In this document: positions 1-11,601 of the stretch, piece after piece
Numbering within the stretch: position 1 is the stretch's first letter
How the letters are laid out: each line of letters starts with the position of its first letter
Source: Acidobacteriota bacterium
GTDB lineage: Bacteria > Acidobacteriota > Blastocatellia > UBA7656
DNA: 64,000 nt
Direction of reading: 5' to 3'
Assembly (NCBI GenBank): GCA_016201275.1
Contig: JACQDB010000030.1
Coordinates: forward strand, 65,864-129,863
The notes under the pieces: model-generated
The model's database searches: none
What the model was told of the DNA's origin: nothing
The model's input: only the letters and a program-made list of their open reading frames with translations
Program-made: the position numbers and the translations under genes

Positions 1-1366
1 CCATTCAGACGGGCGCGAAAATCCGTTGCATACAATTGCGGCTTCTCGTCTTCTCGCCAGAACTCCATCCAATGCCCGTAGCGTTCCGCCATAGGCTTGG
101 TTGCCACCGCCAGAAAGCGCTTGGCCTGGCGCAAACGATTTTTCGGATTCAGCGAATCGGGCAACACTTGATGGAGCGCACGCGCCGACCACGCAAAGCC
201 CGGCACTCGATTGGCGCGTTCGGCAATTCGATTGCCCCTATAGCGTTCATAACCGGCAAAGCTTTCGTCGCCGCCATCACCGTTGAGCGCCACCGTGACG
301 GCTTGCCGCGTCATCTGCGATAGGTAATACGTCGGTATCGCCGAAGAGTCGGCATACGGCTCGCCATAATGCCGCACCAGTTTCGGCAGTATGGCAAGGG
401 CGTCGGCTTTGACGATGAATTCGTGATGCTCGGTGTTCCACAAACGGGCGATGCGGCGGGCGTGTTCGGTCTCGTTATAGGCCGCTTCTTCAAAGCCTAT
501 CGAAAATGTCTTCACCGGCTGGCTCGATAGTTGCGCCATCAAACCGACGACGATGCTGGAATCAATGCCGCCGGATAAAAATGCGCCAAGCGGCACATCG
601 GCAATCAGGCGCAGGCGCACCGCTTCGGTCAATTTGTCGCGCAGTTGTTCCACCGCTTCGGCTTCGCTGATGACGGTTTTCGGCGTGTAGTCGAGCGCCC
701 AATAGCGCGTCACCCGCATATCGAAATCATCATCGCGCCCATCCAGAGTCAAATAATGCGCTGGCGGCAGCTTGAAAATATTTTTGAAAGCGGTGTGCGG
801 CGCGGGAACATAGCCCCACGAAAGATAGGCATCAAGCGCCGCCGGATTCACTTCACGCGGCAGCGAAGCATCAGCAAGCAAGCCTTGCAATTCGGAAGCA
901 AAGACAAAGCGTTTGCCAAATCGCCCGTAAAATAAGGGTTTTTTGCCTACTCGGTCACGCGCTACGAATAAGCGTCGCCGCTGTCTGTCCCATATGGCAA
1001 AGGCGAACATTCCGCGCAGACGCCGCAAACAATCCACGCCCCATTGTTGGTAAGCGTTGACGATGACTTCGGTATCGGTGCGCGTGTGAAACGGGTAGCC
1101 CAATGTTTCGAGTTCGTCGCGCAGCGCTTGAAAGTTATAAATCTCGCCGTTGAAAGTAATCCACAAGTTGCCGCTGTGATTGGTCAGCGGATTGCGACCC
1201 GCCGCCGACAAATCAATAATCGCCAGCCGCCGATGCCCCAGCGCGCAATACTCGTCATGCCACACGCCCCAATCATCCGGGCCGCGATGCACCAGCGCGT
1301 CAATCATCGGATTGATGGCGGACGCTGAGGGTTCAAAGGAAACACTACCGGCTATTCCACACATGA
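1..1366 (-). CDS. asnB: Asparagine synthase (glutamine-hydrolysing), EPS-locus type; C-terminus runs off the window start
   Basis: Minus-strand translation from ATG at 1364-1366 gives MCGIAGSVSFEP... (Cys2 Ntn amidotransferase N-terminus) followed by an SGGIDSS PP-loop. The frame stays open to position 1. It is absent from the ORF track because it is truncated. Confidence 0.9.
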
Positions 1367-1459
1367 AGTTACTTGCGAAAAACGTCTATCGAACCGCGTA
1401 AGAAATTGGGCGACTCAACCTGATTGAAAATTTCTGGCCTGATGATTTTTGCGCCGTAG

Positions 1460-1553
1460 GCGCACAGGAAATTAGTCTGTGCGGTAGTTGACACGCCTGC
1501 GCCAGCACGCTCCACGCACTCACGGCGCACAGGAAATTAGTCTGTGCGGTAGG
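1460..1553. repeat. Two 29-bp direct repeats (GGCGCACAGGAAATTAGTCTGTGCGGTAG) 36 bp apart, each with a CGCACAG-N9-CTGTGCG hairpin
   Basis: Copies at 1460-1488 and 1525-1553 are exact. They lie in the asnB upstream / gmd downstream intergenic region. A small GCGCC-GTA-GGCGC palindrome immediately precedes copy 1. Confidence 0.6.
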
Positions 1554-1763
1554 CACTGGAAAACGTCAAGGGCTTGAGCGCCGCGCTCTGGAGGAGCGCC
1601 GGGGCTTGCCTGAGTTTATCTCCTGCACCCTTTCCGGACGCGATGAATTTGCATGATTCAATTCCAGTGCCTGCAACACTGGCTAATTTCCTAAACCCCT
1701 GCGAGGTTTCTAGGGCTGAGTTATAGCGGAATTTGCTTTATTCTACGCGCCGACGTGATGCGC

Positions 1764-2753
1764 TCACACCGGCGTACCGCCCAGATAAGCCAGATCCGCG
1801 TCCACCATTTCGCATACCAGATCGCGGAAATTCCCTTCGTACTTCCAGCCGAGTTTGGTCTGCGCTTTGGTGCTATCGCCAAGCAGCAGATTGACCTCGG
1901 CGGGTCTGTAGAGTTGCGGGTCAATGACGACATAATCCTGATAATTCAAGCCCACGCGGGCGAACGCGATCTCCAGAAATTCGCGCACGCTGTGGGTTTC
2001 GCCGGTGGCAATCACATAGTCGTCGGGCTTCTCCTGTTGCAACATCAACCACATGGCTTTGACATAATCTTTAGCGTTGCCCCAATCGCGTTTGGCGTCC
2101 AGATTGCCAAGCTTGATCTCTTTGGCTCGACCGAGTTTGATCTTTACGGCGTGCGAAGTGATTTTGCGCGACACGAATTCAAAACCGCGCCGTGGTCCTT
2201 CGTGATTGAACAGTATGCCGCTCGACGCATGAAGGCCGTAGGCTTCTCGATAATTGCGCGTCAGATCAAAGCCCGCGACTTTCGATATGCCATAAGCCGA
2301 ACGCGGATGAAACGGGGTTATTTCCGTCTGCGGCATTTCGCGTACTTCGCCGAACATTTCGCTGGAACCGGCGAAATAAAAATGCGCTTGCGGCGCGACT
2401 TCGCGCATCGCCGCCAGCATATAATGTGTGCCGTTGATATTGGTGTTGAGCGTCGAAAATTCATCTTCAAACGAATAACTGACAAAGCTCTGCGCCGCCA
2501 GATGATAAACCTCATCGGGTTTGATAGTGGTCATCACGCGAAAAATGCTCGGATAACTTTCCAGCGAACCGGGTTGCAGATGCAGGTCTTTGAGTATGTG
2601 TTTGATGCGAAACAGGCGATGCTCAGGGTCTTCCAAAGCGACGCGCCGGACGATGCCGTAAACTTCATAATCTTTTTCCAACAGCAGTTCGGCCAGATAC
2701 GAGCCGTCCTGTCCGGTGATGCCGCTGATTAATGCTTTGCGTTTCATATTCAA
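1764..2753 (-). CDS. gmd: GDP-mannose 4,6-dehydratase
   Basis: 329 aa. N-terminus [31 protein letters not shown] (SDR Rossmann), then NHESPRRG-like and YxxxK regions typical of Gmd. Confidence 0.92.
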   Translation of the reverse strand: MNMKRKALISGITGQDGSYLAELLLEKDYEVYGIVRRVALEDPEHRLFRIKHILKDLHLQPGSLESYPSIFRVMTTIKPDEVYHLAAQSFVSYSFEDEFSTLNTNINGTHYMLAAMREVAPQAHFYFAGSSEMFGEVREMPQTEITPFHPRSAYGISKVAGFDLTRNYREAYGLHASSGILFNHEGPRRGFEFVSRKITSHAVKIKLGRAKEIKLGNLDAKRDWGNAKDYVKAMWLMLQQEKPDDYVIATGETHSVREFLEIAFARVGLNYQDYVVIDPQLYRPAEVNLLLGDSTKAQTKLGWKYEGNFRDLVCEMVDADLAYLGGTPV

Positions 2754-2891
2754 AAATCCTTTTGCCGAGGAAGGGTTGACGCCTTCAACTGTGATGATTG
2801 GTCAATGGTGCTTGCGATGTTCGCATAGCTGCGATGGCGGCGCGTGTCGCCAACAGAGGAACAGACTACGCCATTCGCCTCTTGCCGCAGA

Positions 2892-4217
2892 TCAATTCGT
2901 ACTCATGTTCTGGAGCGTTGCAAAGAACGGCGTCTCTTCCATAGCTCTACTGAAAATAAGTTTTTCCGCCGTGGAGACCATCATCAACCGGGCATCCGAT
3001 TTGCGATACATTCGGTAGTTGATGAAGAGGCGAATCGGAGCCATTTCAGGAGCAATATTTTCTGTTGCAAAAGGATTCTCTACGAACGCCTCTATATCAA
3101 TCGAAAGAACATCGTGCGCGGATGCGTTATTGAGATAGGCGCTCTGGCGACGAACTAAGGTGCGTCTATCAATCAACTCGTCCGTGAGCGGCAACTCGGC
3201 GGTTGCCAAAACGTCGCGCTCGCACACATCCAGAAAGACCGGATAGTTGGCGAAATAGACCAAACCCGCGCCATTCAAATCTCGATCCGGCACCAGCTTA
3301 TACTCTCTATTGATCGCCCCTTTGGTCATCGGCACAAAGCCTGGAGGCGGCAGCGCAAAGTGGCAGTCTTTTTCAGCCCGCTTCACCGAAGCGTAAGAGT
3401 CCGGCGCTTCGGACATCTCGGTGATGCGCTCGAAGCCGGGGTTTGCGGGGCGCGATTTCTTCAACCACTCCGCGCCGCCGAATTGCATAACGAAAATATT
3501 AGAGAGACGCACCGCCGGAACGCCCGCTGCCAACGCTGCCTCTATGTTGGCGAACGCCGGTGTGGTGGTCTCCGGATAATCTTCGGGCAGCAAATAAAAA
3601 GTGCCATCCAGCATCGAAGCGCCAAAGCGTTGCAACGCGCTGGCGGCTTTCAGTCTATCGTTTTCGCCAAACGCCGCCATCGGGCGATGCCTGGGAAAGC
3701 CGATCTCAACATAAAAGAAGGTCGGATAAAGGCGATGCCCTTCGGCATCCACGATCTGTTTACTTGGTACGCCGCAAAGGTGGCTGAGGTGTCCCCAACG
3801 CAGATCACCGAGTCTTTGCAGTAAGGGGCCTTCGGCCAAATGATTTCGCCCGGTCAGCGGCATTCCGATTTCGATGTCGGCATAGAGCATACCGGATGGC
3901 CTATATCGGCGTTCGCTGGTTGGCCGCGCATCCGGTTGCGCTGGCGCTACGACGTTGTGGTTTGCCGCCCCGTTGAGCGCCGCTTTCTTGTTGCTGAGGT
4001 AATCCACCAGTTCGGCCATGGAACGAAAGCTCAACCAGACGCTATCGGACAGATGAACCTGGAAGACGCTTTCCAGCGTTTCGCGCAGCACCAGCAATTG
4101 CAGAGAGTCAATGTTGTAATGCGTGACCCACTTCAATACATCAAGGCTCGCTTCATCGGTTTTGGACATCTCGGCAACGATGCCTTTGACCTGAAGCTCC
4201 ACCATCGCTTTATCCAT
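2892..4217 (-). CDS. Acyl-carrier-protein domain fused to a ~360-aa domain of uncertain function (possibly LnmK/Pnap_2097-like acyl-ACP forming/processing)
   Basis: The N-terminal ~80 aa resemble an ACP, with a candidate phosphopantetheine-attachment Ser in NIDSLQLL. The remainder is not recognisably similar to any enzyme I can name with certainty. Confidence 0.5.
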   Translation of the reverse strand: MDKAMVELQVKGIVAEMSKTDEASLDVLKWVTHYNIDSLQLLVLRETLESVFQVHLSDSVWLSFRSMAELVDYLSNKKAALNGAANHNVVAPAQPDARPTSERRYRPSGMLYADIEIGMPLTGRNHLAEGPLLQRLGDLRWGHLSHLCGVPSKQIVDAEGHRLYPTFFYVEIGFPRHRPMAAFGENDRLKAASALQRFGASMLDGTFYLLPEDYPETTTPAFANIEAALAAGVPAVRLSNIFVMQFGGAEWLKKSRPANPGFERITEMSEAPDSYASVKRAEKDCHFALPPPGFVPMTKGAINREYKLVPDRDLNGAGLVYFANYPVFLDVCERDVLATAELPLTDELIDRRTLVRRQSAYLNNASAHDVLSIDIEAFVENPFATENIAPEMAPIRLFINYRMYRKSDARLMMVSTAEKLIFSRAMEETPFFATLQNMSTN

Positions 4218-4248
4218 AAAAAGTTTTCAACCTCATGACCAAGCTCAA

Positions 4249-4989
4249 TTAGACCTTGGCCGGAATCGGATACGCTTCGTCGGGCAAATCTTTGCGCGTC
4301 TTGTCGAAGATCGTTTCATAATCATCGGGCGTGAGTCGGCGTTGCGGACGCGCCGGAACCCCGACGATCAACGAATAACTTTCATCAATCGGGCGCGTCA
4401 GCAAAGAGCCTATGCCGACGATGCAGCAATCCGGCACACTAGCACCCGGAGCGATGCGTAGTTCCGAGCCTAGATAGCAATAATTGCCAATCTCTACCGG
4501 AGCGCTTTTGCGCCGATTGTGTGTCCAGATGGAAGAATTCCGTCCGCCCAACATCGAGCAACGGCCAATCGTCACGCGGTCGGTAAAGTCTATGCGATGC
4601 TCGGCGGTCACCACCGCGCCATAGCCCAGATAAAACGACGGGTCAGGGTTATTGGTGCAGTCGTTATCGGGAATCGCGTTGATGATATTTTGACGAATGA
4701 CTAGCGAATAATCGCCCAGGTAAATGCTCTTGCCGCCGCGAAACAGATTGAGCCAGCCGATGATGGCGTGTTTGCCGATCTGCACCTCGCCACATTGCCA
4801 GAAGACTACGCCGGTCGCAATGCGCGCGTTGTCGTCTATGACGAGGCGGGCGCAATCTAAAAAGGCCATGCCGATGCGGACGTTTCGGCCTATGCGAAAG
4901 CCGAAGCACAGGCGATAGACCGGGCGCTTCAAAATATTCGGCAACACAGCGGCGCATAGCAGACCAAAGATTCGCAAATACTTTTTCAT
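4249..4989 (-). CDS. Hexapeptide-repeat (left-handed beta-helix) acyl/acetyltransferase
   Basis: 246 aa with repeated [LIV]-G-x-x-x-x-I hexapeptide units (IGRNVRIG, VQIGKHAIIG, VTIGRCSMLGG, VEIGNYCYLG). Confidence 0.6.
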   Translation of the reverse strand: MKKYLRIFGLLCAAVLPNILKRPVYRLCFGFRIGRNVRIGMAFLDCARLVIDDNARIATGVVFWQCGEVQIGKHAIIGWLNLFRGGKSIYLGDYSLVIRQNIINAIPDNDCTNNPDPSFYLGYGAVVTAEHRIDFTDRVTIGRCSMLGGRNSSIWTHNRRKSAPVEIGNYCYLGSELRIAPGASVPDCCIVGIGSLLTRPIDESYSLIVGVPARPQRRLTPDDYETIFDKTRKDLPDEAYPIPAKV

Positions 4990-5122
4990 GTGATGATGCG
5001 CTTAATGAACCAAGCAGCGCGCTTTGCTTTCGGCAGTTGTCGTCGTGGCCACATCAATCGCGTTTGGTTCGCGCAGCCATGCGCTCAACCCTGCGTCCCT
5101 TACGCGAGACGGATCGGCAATA

Positions 5123-6775
5123 TTATTTTTGCGGAGCGAAGGTGATGATTTTATATACCAGGCGTTGGCGTTGGTCATAAATCCCCTGCTCTTCCCGTAC
5201 CACCATGCCGGATTGTTGCGCCGCTGAGGCGAGGGCGATTGGCGCGCCGGGAAAGACTGTGGACGCGGGCGCGTTGACGACGAAAATATTATTCGTATCG
5301 GCTACCAGTTGCCGTAGCTCTTCTTGAGGTTGAGACGATTGCCGGTACGGATTAAACGACTCCCGCAAATACAATTGCCCTTGCGAGAGAAAAAACAGGG
5401 TATTGCCCAAGCCCCAATCCATCAGTTGAATCGGGCGGTCGGGGTAGCGTCTCTGTAACAGGTCGGCCAGTTGATAAATCTCCGCGCTCCAAGCTCCCGC
5501 GCCGCCTGTGTTGTGCAGCAAGCGGCGATAACTCGCCAGCACCAAAAGATTCGCGCTCACCGCCAGCACAACTACGGCTGTACCAAGCCATCGGCATACT
5601 GTGCGCCAGCGATTTTGTCTGACCACACGCTTCCACAAAGTCACCAGCGTTAAGGCAACCGCCAAATGTGGAAAAGGATAAATGCCGATCCAGTGATGTC
5701 CGCCGATCAGGCGCGGAGTTAAATAGATTTGCGCCGCCATCGCCAACATCACAAGCGGCAGAAACAACCATCGCCAACGCCGTTTTAAGATGGCGATGGC
5801 GATGAGCGCCAGCATGGCGAAAAGCGACAAAGGCAGCAACAGCGTATGGGAAACGCCCCAACAGGGCGATAGTTTTTCGCCGCACATCAATACGTCGAAC
5901 CCGCGTCCGTCGAGCAGGTTTTTCAACACCGCCGTGCGTTCGGGAAGTAAACCCAGCAAGCGCGTCAGGGAAGCCTCTTCGCCTGGCCGGGCGATCAAAC
6001 GAAAAGTGATCCAGTGTTCGGAGAGATTATAAATCCACAGCGGGGCGCTCGCCAAAAGTCCCGCCAGCACCGCCCAAAACCAGGGTATAAACGTGAGGCG
6101 CGGACGATTTTTATTGATGCTCCAGGCCGCTGCCCCAACTCCCATGAGTGCCACAATGAACCACAGGAAATTCGTTTTATCGTAAATGCCCAAGCCCAGC
6201 AAAGCACCGGCGAGAATCAACGCATAGGTATTTTTTCCGGCGCTCTTCCACCAACGATAAAGGAACAATAGGGCTGCTGCGCGCAAGGCAAAAGCTATTG
6301 CCATCGGCCCGTAGTCAGAGCGCGAATAGAGAACCAACGAAGGATCGGTGGCCACCAGCCAAACGCCCACCACACTCACTTGCCGCCCGTACATGGCGCG
6401 GGCAAAACGCGATGTAAACAGCAGTCCGATTATCGTCACCAAAATGTTGGTGAGACGAAATGCTGTGACGTGAATGCCGAAGACGGAAAAGACCAGCGCG
6501 AAAAGATACGCTTTCAACGCGCCGATATATTGATAGCTCATCAACGCGAAGGTGCGTCCGCCAACGGTGAAAGAGCCGAAGTGACGATAGTTCCCGTTGA
6601 TTTCTCCCTTGACCAGGTGTATAGCCGAAGGGGTTTGCAATACCTCGTCATATTGAATTCCCGGCAAGGTAAGATTCGCCGCCGCCGACCACAGATACGT
6701 CGCCATAGCGGAAGCGAGCAGCGCATAATAAATTTTATTGCGCTGCTTTCGTATCAACCGTGATGTCGTCTGCAT
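5123..6775 (-). CDS. Polytopic membrane glycosyltransferase, ArnT/PMT (GT39/GT83)-like
   Basis: 550 aa with at least 10 predicted TM helices. N-terminal region has the DE/aromatic loop layout of undecaprenyl-phosphate-sugar dependent GT-C enzymes. Pairs logically with the DPM1-like GT2 at 15302-16429. Confidence 0.5.
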   Translation of the reverse strand: MQTTSRLIRKQRNKIYYALLASAMATYLWSAAANLTLPGIQYDEVLQTPSAIHLVKGEINGNYRHFGSFTVGGRTFALMSYQYIGALKAYLFALVFSVFGIHVTAFRLTNILVTIIGLLFTSRFARAMYGRQVSVVGVWLVATDPSLVLYSRSDYGPMAIAFALRAAALLFLYRWWKSAGKNTYALILAGALLGLGIYDKTNFLWFIVALMGVGAAAWSINKNRPRLTFIPWFWAVLAGLLASAPLWIYNLSEHWITFRLIARPGEEASLTRLLGLLPERTAVLKNLLDGRGFDVLMCGEKLSPCWGVSHTLLLPLSLFAMLALIAIAILKRRWRWLFLPLVMLAMAAQIYLTPRLIGGHHWIGIYPFPHLAVALTLVTLWKRVVRQNRWRTVCRWLGTAVVVLAVSANLLVLASYRRLLHNTGGAGAWSAEIYQLADLLQRRYPDRPIQLMDWGLGNTLFFLSQGQLYLRESFNPYRQSSQPQEELRQLVADTNNIFVVNAPASTVFPGAPIALASAAQQSGMVVREEQGIYDQRQRLVYKIITFAPQK

Positions 6776-6874
6776 GAAAATTTGACGCCGGTACTTTGCC
6801 TATCCGTTTTTGATTTCCCTGTGGCAATCGCATAGTTGCCAAGATCATCCCGTTTTCGGAGAAAGAGAATTCAC

Positions 6875-6952
6875 CACAGATGAACACCGTTGAACACCGC
6901 TACCAGAAAACTTCTGGCTTTTCCTATCGGTGTTTATCGGTGTTCATCTGTG
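6875..6952. repeat. 78-bp palindromic element (25-bp imperfect arms CACAGATGAACACCGTTGAACACCG / CGGTGTTTATCGGTGTTCATCTGTG) with inner CCAGAAAACTTCTGG hairpin
   Basis: Arms read directly from the sequence. Each arm contains a tandem GAACACCG motif. Located ~100 bp upstream of the start of the 5123-6775 gene. Confidence 0.6.
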
Positions 6953-7057
6953 ATTCCAATTCGCCCTTCTTTATTGCGCTTTGAAAGCCCTCTGCATAGT
7001 TGTCTGGCGTCTCGCAAGCAAGCGTTAGCGAGCGTTGCCCCGATAAACCTAGCGCCC

Positions 7058-7186
7058 CTAGAGCGGTTTTTGTTTGAGATTACGGAAACCTCAAAGCCGT
7101 TGAGCGGCGGTCGAAGACCTTCGCGCGGTCGAAGACCGCTGCTCAACGATAAGGGGTTCCGTACACATACATGAAAACCGCTCTAG
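7058..7186. mobile_element. MITE-like palindromic repeat, family A, copy 1 (TIR GAGCGGTTTTTG...CAAAAACCGCTC, flanked by TA)
   Basis: ~95% identical to 55373-55499. Terminal inverted repeats, internal GTTGAGCGGCGGTCGAAGACC palindrome, TA on both flanks. No coding capacity. Confidence 0.6.
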
Positions 7187-7217
7187 ACGAGGCGGCAGAG
7201 GGTTCACAGGGCTGCGC

Positions 7218-8336
7218 TTACCGCACCAGACTGCGGGTCTCCATTTCAGCGGTGGCGGTTGCCACTTTGTCTGTGGCGTGTTGCCCGCGCACCCATTCCA
7301 GCAATTCCGGTATGCCTTGCTCCAGACTGATTTTCGGCTCATAGCCCAACAACTTTCGCGCACGAGAAATATCGGCCACGCAATGGCGTATATCGCCTTC
7401 GCGATATTTGCCGACGATCTCCGGTTCAAGCGCTTTGCCCAAGCCTTCGGCCAATAAATGCGCCACCTGTTTAATCGAAGTAGCGCGGCCTGTGCCGACG
7501 TTGATGGCCTGATAATCGGCGGCCTCAGCTTGCAGCGCCAGTACATTCGCCTGCACGATGTCGCTGACGTGTGTGAAGTCTCTGGATTGCCCACCGTCTT
7601 CAAAAATCATCGGCGGTTGATCGTTCAACAGACGCGAAGAAAAAATTGCACAGACGCCGGTGTAAGGATTCGACAACGCCTGCCGCGTGCCATAGACATT
7701 GAAATAACGCAGCGCAATCGTAGGGAGGTTGTAAGCGCGACCGACGACCAGGCAGAGTTGCTCTTGATCCTGTTTGGTTATCGCATAGACCGAAGTCGGA
7801 AACAGCGGCTTGTCTTCGGTAGTGCCGACCGGCGCAAGCGGCAAACCGGTGTTGACGGATTCCAACTCCCAACGCCGTTCCAGCAGTTGCGAAGTCGAGC
7901 GCAGTTGCGGATAAACAATCGCTTCGCCATCCCTGTACGCGCCCTCGCCATAGATGGACATCGAAGAGGCAACGATGATTTTGCGTATGCGGTCGCGGCG
8001 TTCGACGAGGGCTTCCAGTAAGACCGAAGTGCCAAAGGTATTGGCGCGCACATACTTCTGCATTTCGTACATGGATTGACCGACGCCGACTTCTGCGGCC
8101 TGATGATAAACCACATCTATGCCATCAAGCGCCTGTGAGAGTTTCGCTGCGTCGCAGACATCGCCAATAATTAATTCGGCTTCAGCGTGCAGATGTTGCG
8201 GACGTGCGTTTTGATGAACCTGCGACACCAGCGCATCCAGTACGCGCACCTTGTGACCTTCGGCAATGAGCGCATCCACCAGATGCGAACCAATAAATCC
8301 GGCTCCGCCGGTGACCAAGATATTCAATCTTTCCAT
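7218..8336 (-). CDS. NAD-dependent sugar epimerase/dehydratase (SDR family)
   Basis: 372 aa. N-terminus ILVTGGAGFIGSHLV (GxxGxxG) and a YxxxK catalytic region. The substrate cannot be assigned from sequence alone. Confidence 0.8.
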   Translation of the reverse strand: MERLNILVTGGAGFIGSHLVDALIAEGHKVRVLDALVSQVHQNARPQHLHAEAELIIGDVCDAAKLSQALDGIDVVYHQAAEVGVGQSMYEMQKYVRANTFGTSVLLEALVERRDRIRKIIVASSMSIYGEGAYRDGEAIVYPQLRSTSQLLERRWELESVNTGLPLAPVGTTEDKPLFPTSVYAITKQDQEQLCLVVGRAYNLPTIALRYFNVYGTRQALSNPYTGVCAIFSSRLLNDQPPMIFEDGGQSRDFTHVSDIVQANVLALQAEAADYQAINVGTGRATSIKQVAHLLAEGLGKALEPEIVGKYREGDIRHCVADISRARKLLGYEPKISLEQGIPELLEWVRGQHATDKVATATAEMETRSLVR

Positions 8337-8476
8337 CTCGCTTTCCTGAAATCAGAATGGTGCTGCGTGAACGGGACGTGGGGCAAAGAGCGCTTGGCGA
8401 GGCGACAGTAATTTTGTCCACGTTGCGCCAGCCGTTTTGTTCGCATTGCGCCAGCGCTGGTCACCAAGACAGACCT

Positions 8477-10464
<1,988 letters not shown>

Positions 10465-10489
10465 GATCGTTATTGTTCCGAATTGAAAA

Positions 10490-11584
10490 TCAAACCTGTG
10501 CCTGCGCGGTACGCTCGGCAATCAGTGAGGCGAACAAATCATAGACTCTGGGGGCTTGCGAGACAGCCGAATAGTTGGCTTCGACGGTGGCGCGTCCGGC
10601 ATCACCAAGCCGTTTTCTCAACGCCGCCGATTCCAGCAGCCGAGTCAGTTTCTCAAGCCACTCGGTTTCCGTAGCGGCCAAAAATCCGTTGTTATCATCG
10701 CAGATGATGTCGGTGTTGACACCCACCGGCGAACAGATCGTAGGGATACCTAAAGCCATGTATTGCAGGGCCTTCAAACCGCATTTGCCGCGACTCCATT
10801 GATCGTCCGGCAACGGCATCACGCCTATATCAATGGGGCGCAAATCAGCGACTTCGGTGGCAGCGCGCCAAGCCATCGCATCGAGCTCAACGCCAGGAAG
10901 TTCATACTGTGGCGTGCCAATCACGCGCAAACGAAACGACACGCGCCCGGCCAGTTTCTGCAACGCGCCGCGCAAAGTGTCCAGATGCTGCACGGTACTG
11001 TAACTGCCGCTCCAACCGATTACGGGAACCTCGTTTTCGGGCTTCGGTTGTGGACGATATTTTTCCGTATCAATGGTCGTCGGCACGATGGTGACGCGCT
11101 CGTTAACCTGTCGCGCATAGTCGGCAAGATAAGCATTGCCCGTCATGACACCAGCAGCGACGCGGCAAATTGCGCGGGTCTTGGCGGGAAATTTCAAATA
11201 GCTGAGATAGCCGTTGGCCGGACTCACATACGGCACGAAGATGGCATCATCGAAATCGAAAACCATTGGCACAGCCGAGCGCGCCATCCAGCGTTCAAAG
11301 ATCGCCGGTCCCAGCAACGCAGCTTCGCGGAACACATAGACGGCATCGAATTCAGCAACGCTTCGTACCTGGGCAAAGCGACGCACAAAGGCTTGTGCGA
11401 TCAAGCGCGCTTTGGTCGCCAGATGGCCTGCTTGATAAAGTGCCGTGTGGAGTTCGGCATTTTCAAACGCCGCATAGACAATCTCGACGCCACGCCGTTT
11501 GAGCAAAGGTTCCCATTGCTCTATGCGGAACCTTTGACCGGGCGAAGTATCGAACAGACTGGGAACAATGGCCAGCAATCGCAT
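10490..11584 (-). CDS. Glycosyltransferase family 4
   Basis: 364 aa, GT-B. The C-terminal half has the GT4 E-x7-E-like region ([26 protein letters not shown]). Confidence 0.8.
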   Translation of the reverse strand: MRLLAIVPSLFDTSPGQRFRIEQWEPLLKRRGVEIVYAAFENAELHTALYQAGHLATKARLIAQAFVRRFAQVRSVAEFDAVYVFREAALLGPAIFERWMARSAVPMVFDFDDAIFVPYVSPANGYLSYLKFPAKTRAICRVAAGVMTGNAYLADYARQVNERVTIVPTTIDTEKYRPQPKPENEVPVIGWSGSYSTVQHLDTLRGALQKLAGRVSFRLRVIGTPQYELPGVELDAMAWRAATEVADLRPIDIGVMPLPDDQWSRGKCGLKALQYMALGIPTICSPVGVNTDIICDDNNGFLAATETEWLEKLTRLLESAALRKRLGDAGRATVEANYSAVSQAPRVYDLFASLIAERTAQAQV

Positions 11585-11601
11585 AAAAATTAGCGGAACA
11601 A

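Noticed and set aside
1460-1553. Possible CRISPR array
   Set aside because: Only two repeat copies with a 36-bp spacer, no further repeats and no cas genes. Treated as a simple direct repeat.
1755-2732. 325-aa plus-strand ORF antisense to gmd (similar long antisense ORFs at 10763-11593, 32514-33302, 45089-45832, 60644-61609)
   Set aside because: They lie fully inside well-supported minus-strand genes and show no recognisable motifs. They are typical shadow ORFs in GC-rich DNA.
6890-7174. 94-aa ORF and 55211-55465 84-aa ORF sharing the ...GRRPSR... peptide
   Set aside because: The conservation is due to the family-A MITE they traverse. There is no start context and no coding periodicity.
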